Source of the DNA: Octopus sinensis
Lineage: Eukaryota
Direction of reading: 5' to 3'
Length of the DNA stretch: 64,000 nucleotides
Assembly (NCBI RefSeq): GCF_006345805.1
Contig: NC_043008.1
Span: forward strand, 24,862,001 to 24,926,000
The notes beneath the pieces are model-generated. The model was not told the DNA's origin, ran no database searches, and was given only the letters and a program-made list of their open reading frames with translations. This document shows, in pieces, positions 13,380 through 27,684 of the stretch (position 1 is its first letter; every line of letters begins with the position of its first letter). Both the position numbers and the translations under genes were made by a program.

Positions 13380-14240
13380 GACATCCGTGGATCTACGCAG
13401 GGAGAATTTGTGTCAGCTACCGATAGTGGTTCATCGTCCGCTGTGTTTACCGTGGTCCACACGGAAGTAACATTCTCACTGCATTTGACTGCATTTGAAG
13501 AATCTCTCCACCGGCACTACTGACTTTCCCTTTTCTTCGTGCGCGCTTTTCGTCGGTGGACAGCTCCAGTTTTTCTTCCCTTCGTTCATACCACTTGCAT
13601 AGTATTAGTCTCCAGCTTGTATATTTTTTGTAAACTTCTCTCATCTCAGGACTTCCAGAATTTAATCTATTGACTTAATATTACTCTTGTAGACGTCTTT
13701 GAAATGAAGACGAGGTCGTCCTCTTGCTCTTGTATTGGTAGCCAATCTTCCATACAGGAGACCTTTTGGGATCTTCCCGTCCGGCATACGATATACATGA
13801 CCGAGCCAGGGCAGACAGCACTGTTGGAGCAGGGTGAATATGCTGGTCATATTGGCGCGGTTGAGGGTTTCAGTGTTGGTGATGCGATCGGTTCCATATA
13901 ATAGCCAAAATGCGTCTCTTACTACAGGGGTTGAAGACATTGAGACGCTGCTCCTGTCTGGAGTAGAGGCGTCTCGCTCCTTAAAGTAGCGTGCTGAGGA
14001 TGCACGCCTTATAGACAGCAATCTCGGTGTTTGTTGCCAGTTTTCTGTTCTCCTGACTCTCTTCTGCAACCTGACAAATAAGGAGGATGCTCGTCCAACT
14101 ACCCTGCTGATCTCAGGTGAGGTTATTAGTCGGGGTAGAGCCGATGTAGGTGAATTCACTGGCTATATCCATGTCGTAGTTGGTGATGGTGATAGTGGTG
14201 AGATGCTTGACACCTTGGCTCAGTGCATTGGCTTTCTTTT
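13380..14240 (-). mobile_element. Degenerate RTE-clade LINE 3' fragment
   Basis: WLGHVYRMPDGKIPKGLLYGRLATNTRARGRPRLHFKDVYK matches the C-terminus of the RTE at 47124-47714. Confidence 0.85.
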
Positions 14241-15849
14241 CGATAGCTGCAGGTGAAGTGCTGAGAGCAAATTCAGCATGACTATTAGTCTGAATCGTGG
14301 GACTTGGGCATTGTCAATCTATATATCGCTGATGGGAAGGTGAATCACTGCTGCCTTTAGCGGTCAAGTAACCATCATTTACAAGAGTAAACAAAGACAA
14401 AATCCCTTTTCTTTTGGAGGTGTTGGAGGCTTTCCGATAGCATAAAACAAAAAAAAAACAAAGGAAACCAAGAGTGCATTCTGCATCAAAAGGCCAGTAT
14501 GACAGTTTCTCTCATGGTCACTACCACAAAATACTCAGGATGTGGAGGATAAATATTACTGCTTGGTATAAATGCTGCCTCTAGCGCTAATATATAAATA
14601 ATTAAATGATAGGTATGAAAACTTACATCCAGGACTGTAAGTTTCGGTGTCAACAATTCAATGATTGCTGCTCTTCATCAGCTTATGTAAGTTAAGTGCA
14701 TACTTGCCTCGTCACTGAAAAAAGTAAAATACCGCAGTTGAGCAAAATACGTGCCACTGGATATTTGATCATTCAAGGGAAACAACTCTCCCACTCTTGT
14801 TTGAAAATATTGGCGAAAACTACAGTATGGTTTTTGACAAAAAAAAAAACGCTTGATAGTAAATAAATAAATAAATAAATAAATAGAGAAAGAAAGAAAG
14901 AACACAGTTTCTCAAACTTAGAAATAAAAATGAGAATAAGAATAAAAGAATGGATTAAAAGGTTAGATTAAAAACAATATATTAAGGTTAAAACTAAAAT
15001 CAAATTATTTAGAAATTTATACGACTTTTAAGAAACATTTAAAGAATTCTTTAAAGAATTAAAAAATAAAAATATAAAAATAAAAATTGAAACTATAAAT
15101 CAAGACTGAGAATCCCCCAAAATGTCTTACCACTGTCCTCCAAATTTAATCAGTCTTCCAAAAACCTTAAAGATAAAATATAAAAATTTTAACTAAAATT
15201 CAAAAATTAATCAATAAAGAAAATATCAACGTATTAAAAAAATTTAAACTTATAAAGTTAAAGATATAAAAAAAACTTAGAAATAAAATTAAAATTAGAA
15301 ACAACTTAAAATGAAATATGGAATTAAAATGAAGAATTCGAAATGGAAATCTAATAAACCTTAAGATGTAAGATAAAAAGGAAAATATGCGTATACATGC
15401 GCATACGTCCACACACACACACACACAACACACACACACACACACACACACACACCACACACACACACACACAAACACACACTCAGCACACACATACACA
15501 CAGACGCACACATGCAAATAGATAACTAGATAGCTAGCTAAATAGATATAGATAGAGAGAGAAAGAGAAATAGAGAGAGAGAGTTAGAGATTCGTAGGCG
15601 CGCACGCATATACCTAGGTATGCGAAGGCTGTTAGGGGATGAAGTTCAGTCGTAATATATGGCTTATAAGAAACACTTAGTCATAATTATACATTGAAAT
15701 ATAATGGAATAAGATAAAAAGAATAATAAAAAAATAAATGTTAAAACAAAGAAATATAAGAATAAAGAAGTATATAATATAATAATGCATGAAAAATAGT
15801 TAACAATTTAGAAAGACCATGAAACGATAATAAAAATAAAAACAGAGAA

Positions 15850-17150
15850 GAAATTTAAAATCGAATACACTAGAAGGTATCATATAGGACTGTATAAGAT
15901 AAGAAGTTTGTAGCATTCCTTGTTGAGCTTGATGAGAAGGAGAGTAAAATTTCAAAATGTACATGATGACATACGGGCAGCTACCAAAGATTGCTCTTTT
16001 GGCATTTTGACATTTATTGATGTCCACTGCGCTCTTCGGGATTCTGTCATTTGTACAGGATTTATCTCTTGCCAGGATTTTCTAGCTGATTGTATTGCTT
16101 ATAGCTTTCTCGTTTAAGTCCCATATATTGCTAGAAAGCTTTATTGCCTTTTGCTTGCTTTGATACCTAAAGGAGAAGGTATGATTGTTCACCATTGCCT
16201 TGAAGTTCCTTCTGAAATTCCCTCATATATCTTTGTAGAGAGTCTTTTCCACATTGGTTGCTCTGACGGACATGTAATATTTGATAGCTTCGGTCTTGTA
16301 GGATCATCGGGCACAGGTCCCTGTTTCTGCGAGAACAGTTGGTTTCTTTGGTTGCAGTTTATACATACAATTATATAGGGAGTAGAACTAGAACAAATAT
16401 TATGTTGTATGTTAAGGAGTTTCTTACAACTATAGTGGGTAGGTAAGTGCTTGTCTATAAACGACAAAAACATTTTGCCTACATCTAGAGCATGGGAAGT
16501 CAGATTATCTTTCGGCGCCTTTTTCTCCTTCATTGTTGTAAAGGGGCAAGACTTTGTCAAAGGTTTTTATAGTGGAGAAGAGGTTCGAGAACCTCCTACT
16601 TATGTTCTTCACTAAAATTTTGCATTAATATTACAAAGTCTATCGTTTGGTTTCATGTAAGACTTCTAAATATCATTTTGCAGTTTTAACGACACGCCCA
16701 GGAACTTCATTACAGTTGGGTTGGTATCAATGGTGTTATTAAGTCCGAAGGTGTTCAGGAACCGTATTATTTCCTTCCTCAACAAGTCGGACCATTGGTG
16801 CTCTTCGAGTGGAATAAGGCGCCATATATGTCAATATCCAAACCCACCGAAGTGGAAGACTTCCCGAACATAACGAGCTGAATTACGCTAATCGGTGGAA
16901 TACGTCCAACGAAAGTTGTTGAAGAGGTCCGCACTTGTTAGTGAATTGTCGTTGTAGTTGATAATTGCGAGAAGCCTTACGCCACTTGAATATAAGTTTA
17001 TGATGGTGAACAGCAGGACAAGTTGATGATTCCGGTTATCTCTTTAGTGCTCCCGTTCTCTTTGATGCAACTGTATCTGCTGCGCTTGGCAAAAGTCTGG
17101 AGGACAAAAAGAAGAATTTTCAAATTGAACTTAAGAACTTAGTGGTAAGC
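15850..17150 (-). mobile_element. Degenerate Penelope-like element (RT to GIY-YIG region)
   Basis: DVGKMFLSFIDKHLP, KIYEGISEGT..QW and MKFLGVSLKL resemble PLE linker, YIG and late-RT motifs; many stops. Confidence 0.6.
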
Positions 17151-17917
17151 ATTTTTTATGATATTCAAGGAGTAGATTACCTTTCGTAATTTATTAAGTA
17201 AAAGTGTACATGAAACGGAGGTGGGCTTAGGAATTTTTCTATTTAATATGGGTCCCCTAATAATACCAATGCGTAATTTTATGGAGTTAAATATCTGGTC
17301 GTTGGTTTGCGGATAGAGCTGTTTGTTAAAAGTTGCTTGTTAGAAGCACAATAAATAAATCAATAAAATAATAATACTAACAGTTGAGGAACTGTTCAAG
17401 GATTCCGTTCTTTCACTTATATTGTGTCTTGAAATGAAGATGTCGAATTTAACCTAAACCGCTTTCAGTCGCATGTATGTGATTATGTATGTCTCAGATC
17501 AGCTGAAAAAATGATCTACTAATAGGAATATAAGATAATAGTACCGGTTTCACTGTCAGAGCATAAAGTAACTAAACTTATTTTAGTATCTCAAGTTGAA
17601 ATGCGGAGGTGAAATAGATTGCCTGGTAGGCCGAAACAATGCCTGTCTACAAGAGCGCATGAACGGAAGAGCCACAATAAATAAAATATGTGAAATATTA
17701 TTGGTTGAGATGACCCGTGAAATCTTTTGCGTCTGGTATTACCTTCTCTTTTCATGATACTTACATATCTTTTCTCTACGACCAGAGACTATGTATGACA
17801 CAAATCCACTGCTAAGTTCCTGCAAAGTGGTTTAAACAAACCCTGGCTAGGTTTATCATGATATCATCCTTTAACATGTTTAAAAGCAATAGATGCACAC
17901 CAGGCATACATACATAC

Positions 17918-17988
<71 letters not shown>

Positions 17989-17990
17989 TA

Positions 17991-18064
<74 letters not shown>

Positions 18065-18066
18065 AT

Positions 18067-18115
<49 letters not shown>

Positions 18116-18125
18116 TATATATATC

Positions 18126-18175
<50 letters not shown>

Positions 18176-18329
18176 GTCTGTGTTTGCCTTTCTGTGTTGT
18201 TTGCCTTTCAAGTGCTGTGTTTTTACTGAGATCTCCCTTTTAGTAGAAAGAATAGCTATAACTCTTTGACTGCTATTCTAAATTCGGTGTGTGGTGAGGC
18301 AATTCGTTGCTAAACCCTTAATTGCTTAG

Positions 18330-18427
<98 letters not shown>

Positions 18428-18437
18428 ATATATTATG

Positions 18438-18484
<47 letters not shown>

Positions 18485-18543
18485 GTATGTATATGTATGT
18501 ATGTATATATGTATGTATGTATGTGTGTATGTATGTATGTATG

Positions 18544-19470
18544 TATTCTGTCACTCCATAAATAATGCAGTTTTTATACTTGTTTTATATTTCAAAGTTA
18601 AGATAAACAAAATCCTTTTTAATCTAAAATATACACTCCTTCATTTTCTGCAATACACTTCCATCTATCTAGTAGACCTGGAAGTCCCATCTTCCAAAAT
18701 TCACTTGACCTTAACGAAAAATACTCCTCCAGTACTGTTCTGATCTCGTCTACAGAATTCATATTTTTTCGGCCCAAATGATTTTGAAGACTACATAATA
18801 CATGATAATCAGATAGATGAATGTCCGGTGAATATAGTGGGCGGGGCATCGTTTCCCATTCAAACTGCTCTAGCCTTTGGAATGTCATCCTCGCTGTATA
18901 TGGCTGAGTATTATCCTGACGGAAGAACACCTTTCGTCTTGAATCCAAAGATGGTCATTTTTCTCCTAACGCTCGCGTCGATAAATGGTTACATGAACAA
19001 ATCCAAGCTTCTCTGCTAGTTCCTCAACAGCTACGATGGGACTTCGTCCCACCAGAGTTTGCAGAACGTCCTTGTCGTGCTCTACAGATCTTCCAGGGCA
19101 AGGTTCATCTTCTAGGCTGTAATTTCATGCTCGGAATTTCTGGAATCACCATTGACACTGGCTTACGCTTATTGTCTGATCCCTATATACTTCATTAATA
19201 TTCCTCACACTTTCCGTTCCGTTGTTGCCTTTCTTGACCTCATAAAGCAAAATATGCCGAATATGCTTCTTTGTCACTTCCATATTAGCTTTGAAACAAT
19301 AATCGTTAAAATCGAACTCCACTCTTCAAGATTTGCACTAAGAATAAGTGAAAAAGTAACAGTACTACCTACTTTTATAGCAAGTTGATGCAGATAGTTT
19401 ATTCCAGCCCCCTCCGAAATTTAGTCCATAAAATTCAAAAAACCGAATTATTTATTGGATAAGCCAGTAT
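18544..19470 (-). mobile_element. Internally deleted mariner transposon
   Basis: QDNTQPY..YSPDIHLSDYH..DRWKCIAENEGVY (D34D C-terminus); imperfect TIRs at ~18544 and ~19440-19470. Confidence 0.88.
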
Positions 19471-19752
19471 ATAAACAAATGTTTATGATTCATGTGAACC
19501 AGGTACTTAAATGGTTAGGCACCGAGTCGGGTCAAAGTTAAAATGCATACATAGCAAATATAGACGAATACATACGCACATATCAAAGTACAGGCGGAAA
19601 GATATTCAGGTTATATATACAGTTAACTGAACCCGATTGGGCTAATAAAGACTTGGTCTAATAAAGAAATGTACATTGTATCAAATATACGGTCCAAAAT
19701 ATACTTCCGATCACGCAAGGAGCAGATTCTGAGAGAGGTGAATTATATATAT

Positions 19753-20075
19753 AAATAAATAACAACACACGGATAATGTGCCAATTCACCACAGCTGTTT
19801 CCAAAGAATTTTTGATTGATTAATGGAGAAATATCGTTAGAAAAAAAATTTTCATCAGGTAAATACATGAATCACAACATTTAGAAACATTAAAAATCAA
19901 CGGTATAAGCACCTTCATGATTCTACGAGCCTTGCTGGTCGTAGAATATGCGTATGTGTTTACCTGATGAAAACGAATTTTTCTAATGAGGCAATGTTGC
20001 CATTAATTAATTAAAAGTTCGTTTGAAAGGGCTGTTGTGAATTGATACAAAATCCATCTGTTAGAATTTATTTAT
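19753..20075. repeat. Diverged inverted repeat with a hammerhead-like motif in each arm
   Basis: Minus 19784-19864 atttac-CTGATGA..GAA-ACAGCTGT-g-gtgaat; plus 19958-20042 gtttac-CTGATGA-aaacgaattt..aaagttcgttt-GAAA-gggctgt-t-gtgaat. Confidence 0.7.
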
Positions 20076-20389
20076 TTATTTATTTACAGGTATGTGTGCG
20101 CGCGTATGTGTGTGTCTATGTATACAATCATGCAAATGGAAGAATATTCTTTACACAAACTTGGCATCTGTGGATCGATTCCACACGTGGAATTTAGGTC
20201 ATTTTGTTTTCGTTGCATCTAGGCGACACAAGCCCTCTGGATAGTCGAAAATAGTATAGAAAATAATCGGACTGACTGTACCATTACTTCAAAGGTCTTT
20301 TCTTGTCCCGCTCTGTCCCAGCGATTCTGTTATAGAATTTCGTTAAGAATACCCGTGTCTCTGGATTACTCGATCATTTCCCGTGATAG

Positions 20390-20572
20390 GAGGAGACCCC
20401 CTTCGGTCATGAATGACCATGGGATTGCACCTAGAATTTTACCCTCCGTGGTACAATCCCGGGCAAGGTTGTTTATGGAAGGGCAGCAGTCACCCATGCA
20501 TACCGGCCTCCCCTCTCCACACCACTGATGTTATCCAAGGGAAAGAAAAAAGCCGATGCAGCATGGCACCAT
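20390..20572 (-). mobile_element. 3' tail fragment of a retroposon
   Basis: attgcacctag is the reverse complement of the tail of the SINE at 43060-43327. Confidence 0.5.
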
Positions 20573-20665
20573 GATAATTACATGCACATATCCCATGATT
20601 ACATGCACATTATCTCGTGATAATTACATGCACATAAGCACACATACATACCCGCATATACATCT

Positions 20666-21030
20666 ACCTTTTACTTGTTTAAGTCATTGGATTGCGGTAG
20701 TACTGGGGTAATGTCTTAAAGAGTTTATTTGAACAAATCGTCCCGGTACTTATATTTTAAAATCTGGTACTTATTCTATCGAACTCTTTTGCCAAACCAC
20801 GAAAGTTACGGGGGTGAAATTAAACATGTCAAGTGGTGAAGGAATTAAGACAAAAACATCATCATATATATTTATATATACTATGGGCTTCTACACAGTT
20901 TCTGTCCACTAGATTCACTTACAAGGCATCGATCTTTGGGACTGTAGTAGAGGACGCTTTAGTGGGATTGAATCCAAAAACACATGGTTGTAAAATGAGT
21001 TTCTTAACCATCCATCCTTGTCTTTGCCAC
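20666..21030 (-). mobile_element. Degenerate SINE, same family as 8353-8770
   Basis: cttttacttgttt.agtcatt.ga.tgcgg..ggtacttattctatcg..ctcttttgcc shared. Confidence 0.75.
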
Positions 21031-21562
21031 TCCCACTCGCACCTCTCTCTCTCTTTATCTGCATATGTGTCTGTGAAAACATGTATGTATATGCAAGCAT
21101 ATACGTATATAAATAATTTTGAAATATGGGTTAATCCGTACCCAGTATGATAGCGATCTGCACAAACACTTGTGTTCCATGCTTCAGTAGAAAATACTGC
21201 CGGAAATAATTTCATATATGAATAATCATGTTGAATATTTCTTACGTAAAAGCCATGAGCTATAGAACATGTTATTTTATTGCTTTGAAGTAAAACTTGT
21301 TTATGGTGTATTATTCTTAGTTTTATTACGATATTTTTATAATAGTCACATGTCAAAATGTAAAAAAATCTTAATCGGTTTAAATAATCAAAGAAACAAG
21401 GGGATACTTTGTACTTTGTAATAACGAATTATCAGTTTTACAGAGTACCATTTCCCCGTGATATGGAATAGTTAATATCGTGTTTATTTACTAAAGACAT
21501 TAAAAAGTATTTGTTTGATTGCTGATCAACTTTCCATCCTCTTTTAAATATCATAAATGAAG

Positions 21563-21745
21563 TACAGTTCTATATTTAAGAGATGAGGAATTATATACAT
21601 TATTTTCATTATTTACATTCGATGGATATTTGTCCTCATCTTGTTTGTTGTTAACACAACGTTTCGGCTGATATAACCTCAAGCCTTCTTCAGATGTCTT
21701 GGGGAAATTTCGAACCTGGGTTTTCATTCCTAAAGTATTTTTCGA

Positions 21746-21826
<81 letters not shown>

Positions 21827-21895
21827 CATTATTGCCCAGGTCGCTGCTTGGAATCGAACTCGGAATCTTGGGGTTAGCAGCCCGCGCTCTTAACC
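21563..21895 (-). mobile_element. Retroposon with tRNA-like head, (TAA)n and hammerhead motif
   Basis: Minus: ggttaagagcgcgggCTGCTAAcccc..gagttcgattcc, then (TAA)n, then gacat-CTGAAGA-a-ggct..agcc-GAA-ACGT-T-gtgtt at 21699-21653. Confidence 0.7.
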
Positions 21896-21933
21896 CCAAG
21901 ATTCCAAGTTCGATTCCAAACAGTGACCTGAGC

Positions 21934-22620
<687 letters not shown>

Positions 22621-22635
22621 TAATAATAATAATAA

Positions 22636-22790
22636 TAACATCGAAAAATACTTTAGGAATTAGAACCCAGGCTCGAAATTTTCCCAAGACACCTGAAGAA
22701 TGCTGGAGGGTATATCAAACGAAACGTTGTGTTAACAGCAAACGAGATGAGGACAAATATCCATCGAATGTAAATAATGTAAATAATGAT
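22636..22790 (+). mobile_element. Plus-strand body of the tRNA-headed hammerhead element
   Basis: acatcgaaaaatactttaggaat..gacac-CTGAAGA(22693)..GAAACGTT-gtgtt; reverse complement of 21600-21747. Confidence 0.75.
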
Positions 22791-23225
22791 CATGAATGAA
22801 GGCTTCGATATATTCGATATATTCATATCACTTAGAGAATGTTAGCAGGATTTCTTTTCTTTATATTCTTCAAATATTCAATATTAAGATTTTTTAAACG
22901 TTGATCATGTTCTTCGTCTTCCAGGTGAAATGGTCTGTAGATAAGTTACTGAGTGGTTCAATGAAATTTCCTTAGTTATCGATTTCTGATATGATCGTTG
23001 TAAAACTATTTGTAGATAACACTAAATCTTTTTCACTCTTGTAAAGCGTTTTGTCTTTTGAATTATTTGTTTACCGGACTTCCTATACCGTCTGGTTCCT
23101 TAGGAAATTAACAAACAATTTCTTCCTTTATGAATTTCTACATTTTTGAAATATTATTTTCTATTTCTGACGTTAATTTGTGAAGCGTATTCTAAATATA
23201 TATACACACACAAATATATGTGTGT

Positions 23226-23268
<43 letters not shown>

Positions 23269-24789
23269 TGTATAAATGTGTGTGTGTATATATGTGTGTA
23301 TTTTATTTGCCTCAGATCTTTTTTCACTGGAATTTTATTTATCTAAATAGAACAATTAACAAAAATTATATGTTTGTATTAGGAAATGGAAAAAGGAATT
23401 TGGAAACTAACTAGAAAAATTAAAGACAAAGTCCTTGGTATATTGTGCTGTATCTTATGTTAATCGTACAGAGACGCTGCCTGGAGAGGAAACATGGGTA
23501 TTTTGCATTACAATACAGCATCACAACTTTTGCGAAAATATCTTTTCTAATGTAGACATTATAACCTCCAACATGATAATAGTCTACAGATAATGGATTA
23601 CAATAACGATTCTCATTAATTGCTATTTTCTCACTCACCTTTAGTTCTGTAAATGAGACTAGGTTGTCAAAGACTGAAATGTATCTGTCCATTAGCAAAA
23701 GGTTTCGCTATTTTATGCTATATAAGGAGAAGAATTATCTGCAATATTTGAAAGCACTTCCACACTATGTCGACCTCACATCGTCTAAATCATTTTTAGA
23801 CAATGAGTCGGGAGAATATTCCAGAATATTGTGCTTCCCAACCGTTAATATTGAGCTAGAGATGTGTGGAAGGTTTAGGGTTTTAAAATGCAGTGAATAA
23901 AGATAAGAGCAGTGGTTGGGTGATAAATTGGAATCCTAATCGTAGAGACATAAGTCAGAGCTTGCTGGTTAGGTAGTGGACAGCGTTTTGGACTAATTTA
24001 TTCTGTTTCTCTACATAGAATCCCCATCAGCTTGTGTGTGTGTGTGTTTGTGTGTGCGTGTGTGTGTGTGTGTGTGTATGCATGCATGTTCATGGTGATT
24101 CAGGGTTGTTTTTGTTATTTTTATCAGAAACCTTTCAGAACAGAATTATTTTTACCTTTTTCTGCCTCTGAATTAGATGCATTATAATGGAATAACGCTC
24201 TTGCAATGTTGTAGGTGTATATTATCATCGTAAATGAAATCATATATTTTAAGAAATCAAGATCTTATTCTAGGAATTTTACATGAGTAAGAATGGTGAC
24301 CTATCCGTCACTTTATTCCTATTCCGCTTTTAGCACTTGTCATAACATACTAAATATTATAATTTTTTTCGGAAATATAGAATTGCTTTTCTACCATTAT
24401 GGAACATTTTGATTACCTGAAAAAGTATAGTAATGCCTTTAATATAAATAAATATATTTAAAAGGAATAATTGATAAATTTTTCCCGTATGAACTTTTTC
24501 ATGTTAACTACTTGATAAATTCTTATAAATATTTTATCCTATTTTTAAATTGCTAATTTAACTGGAATATATTCAGTGCTGAAGTTTATTCTGAATAAAC
24601 ACGTGTACCAAGATGCAATTCGAAAAACCCGCCTCTTACATAGATATATAAGTGTGAACAATTCTATGTACTATGCTGGATACATTTGGTGTTCGTCTGG
24701 TATGTTGATTTTTTTTTCATTTTTATGTGTCTTGATTATGCCTGCATTGACGATTAAAAAGTGCATTTTGTGCAGCAATCTTGAAATCA

Positions 24790-25406
<617 letters not shown>

Positions 25407-26506
25407 ATATTCACTCGCAAGTATCTGAAATGATTGAATAGAATTACTGAAACTAAAAACAGCTCATGGAATATCAATAAACAATCGATATATACATTGT
25501 TGTTTGACACAAACAATAAGGTTTACGAAGTAACACATAATGTAACTTACTAAAATTGAATGCTTACATTACCAAATACATACTTCACAGTCACAAGATC
25601 TAACCACCTCGTAATTATGCGTACTCATATAAACATCAGATCCGACTTATGAGTGATGTGATTTCAACGATCAGGTCGAATTCAACGTGTCAGGAATCTT
25701 TGTCTTGTGCACTTGTAATAATGGAAACAAAATTTAGAGTGCTCTGAATCTAGAAAGTAAGTGAATAAGCAACATGCATTCGCTTTTCGCTTGAGCGGTG
25801 GACACAAAAAGGTGCTCGTTGAATTGCTAATTTCAGGTACATATGTGCCTTAAGCGGATTTTATTCAGTTGCAATCATTCAAAATCCTTGAAGTTCCGGC
25901 AAGACGTTTTCACAGCCACAATACACACTGACTCTCATTGAAACTAAGCAGTAGAGAAGCAGAAACAGCTGCAAAAGTAAAAACCGCTCAGACACGCCTC
26001 AAAAGCTTTTGCTAACAAATTCTCATAACATTTCTCTTACAGATACGGTTTAATTTTATTCGGTACCATCAGTTAAACTAGGCCCTATCTTTGATCATAT
26101 CTAGTTTTGAATTTTGTACGTTATTGTACATCATACCTTACTATATTTATCACTCACATTAACTTTGATGTTCAAAATTGTATTTTAATATTGCATTCCT
26201 CCAGTACATGAACTATCTATGGGAAACAAAAATGTTTGCCTCCTTTTGAACCCTCAATTGAAATTCGTTATATATCTTATATACTTACGCTTAGGGAACT
26301 AACATAGGAATCCTACAGTGCTTCGCACGAATCTACATCAGCTATCACTCAAGCCGTTGCTGCGTCTTCACTAATCGGGTCATTTGGGAATACTTTGTGA
26401 TTGATACTCAGTACACATTCAAATACTACACAATGTACTTCATCTCCTTTGGCACATCAAACGAGCTAAGTTTTTCCAGAGTTCTGACAGTTCTCCGTGA
26501 ATCACT

Positions 26507-26592
26507 TGCTCTGAAATCCTAACATATTAGAGACTACTGAGCAAATTACCTGCTCTGAAATCCTAACATATTAGAGACTACTGAGCAAATTA
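26507..26592. repeat. Tandem duplication, 44-bp period
   Basis: tgctctgaaatcctaacatattagagactactgagcaaatta x2. Confidence 0.95.
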
Positions 26593-27067
26593 TTGAAACT
26601 ACACTACTTATACAGTTATAAATATTATTCATTCATCCATTCAATATGGATGTTCTTTATACACATCGTATATCCCGCAAGAGCCGTTCTGTACGTATAT
26701 TCGTAATATTCGGCGCCTTTTAAATTGAAGCCGAATATCATTGCTGATAGAGTATCTATCTGTTTTTCACGTTGCTTCTAGTCTCAACTTCTCAGCTATA
26801 ATGTGTACATTAGTAAAACTTTCGGAGAAAACCCTGTCATTGGCTGTTTGATTTGTATCTCAATTTACAGTACGTACGCTTTATAAAACCACTCCAAATT
26901 TTCCACATTATCCCAAGAGGCACCCGTTGTTGCAACACCATATGCAATTATATGTTAAAAGCTGGAAATACTATCGTCTACTTGACAGCCCCTTTTCTAT
27001 TATCATTTAGCAATGCTCTCCAGACAAAGCAGATCTCCTTTCAGTCTCTCCATCTCTCTGTTTCTGA

Positions 27068-27121
<54 letters not shown>

Positions 27122-27684
27122 TACACACTATGTATATTTCTTCCAATCTGTTTAGATATACTAGGTATCCCATTTCCATGTGGTAAAGTTTTTGACAGCC
27201 ATTTTTTCCAACACCGTCCATTTAACATTCTCATTAACAATCGACAGTGCAACTATAGTAAAGATCTACAAAATGAGTTACAAACCTCATCCACGTGTTC
27301 TGACTTTTCAGGAACTTGAGGAAAATAATATTACATTTGACATTTGTACAACGCTGTAAATGTGACCAAAATGTTCGGAGATATTCTTTAATTAAGAACT
27401 CTATTAACTACATGTCTGAAATAGTTCTCTGTGTAGTAATATGACATAATTATCCTAGATGTAGTGATATGAAGAAAAGTTTGTCCTAATTCACTGGATA
27501 ATTTTTGAATTAGTGGAATCATTCTTGCTACAGAGCTGAAAAGCTGGTCAACCAGACTGAAATCTGTTGATTAGGCTGAGTATGTTTCTGAGATCTCCCC
27601 GCGCAGCGTCTTGGGTCTGTGTGAGTTTTTATTACCTTAGGGGAACCTCTGTGAACTGAGTGAAATTAAGTGGGGTGTTTTGGG

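Noticed and set aside
21836-21895. tRNA-Ser(GCT) gene
   Set aside because: 5' part missing, no acceptor stem or long variable arm; it is a retroposon head
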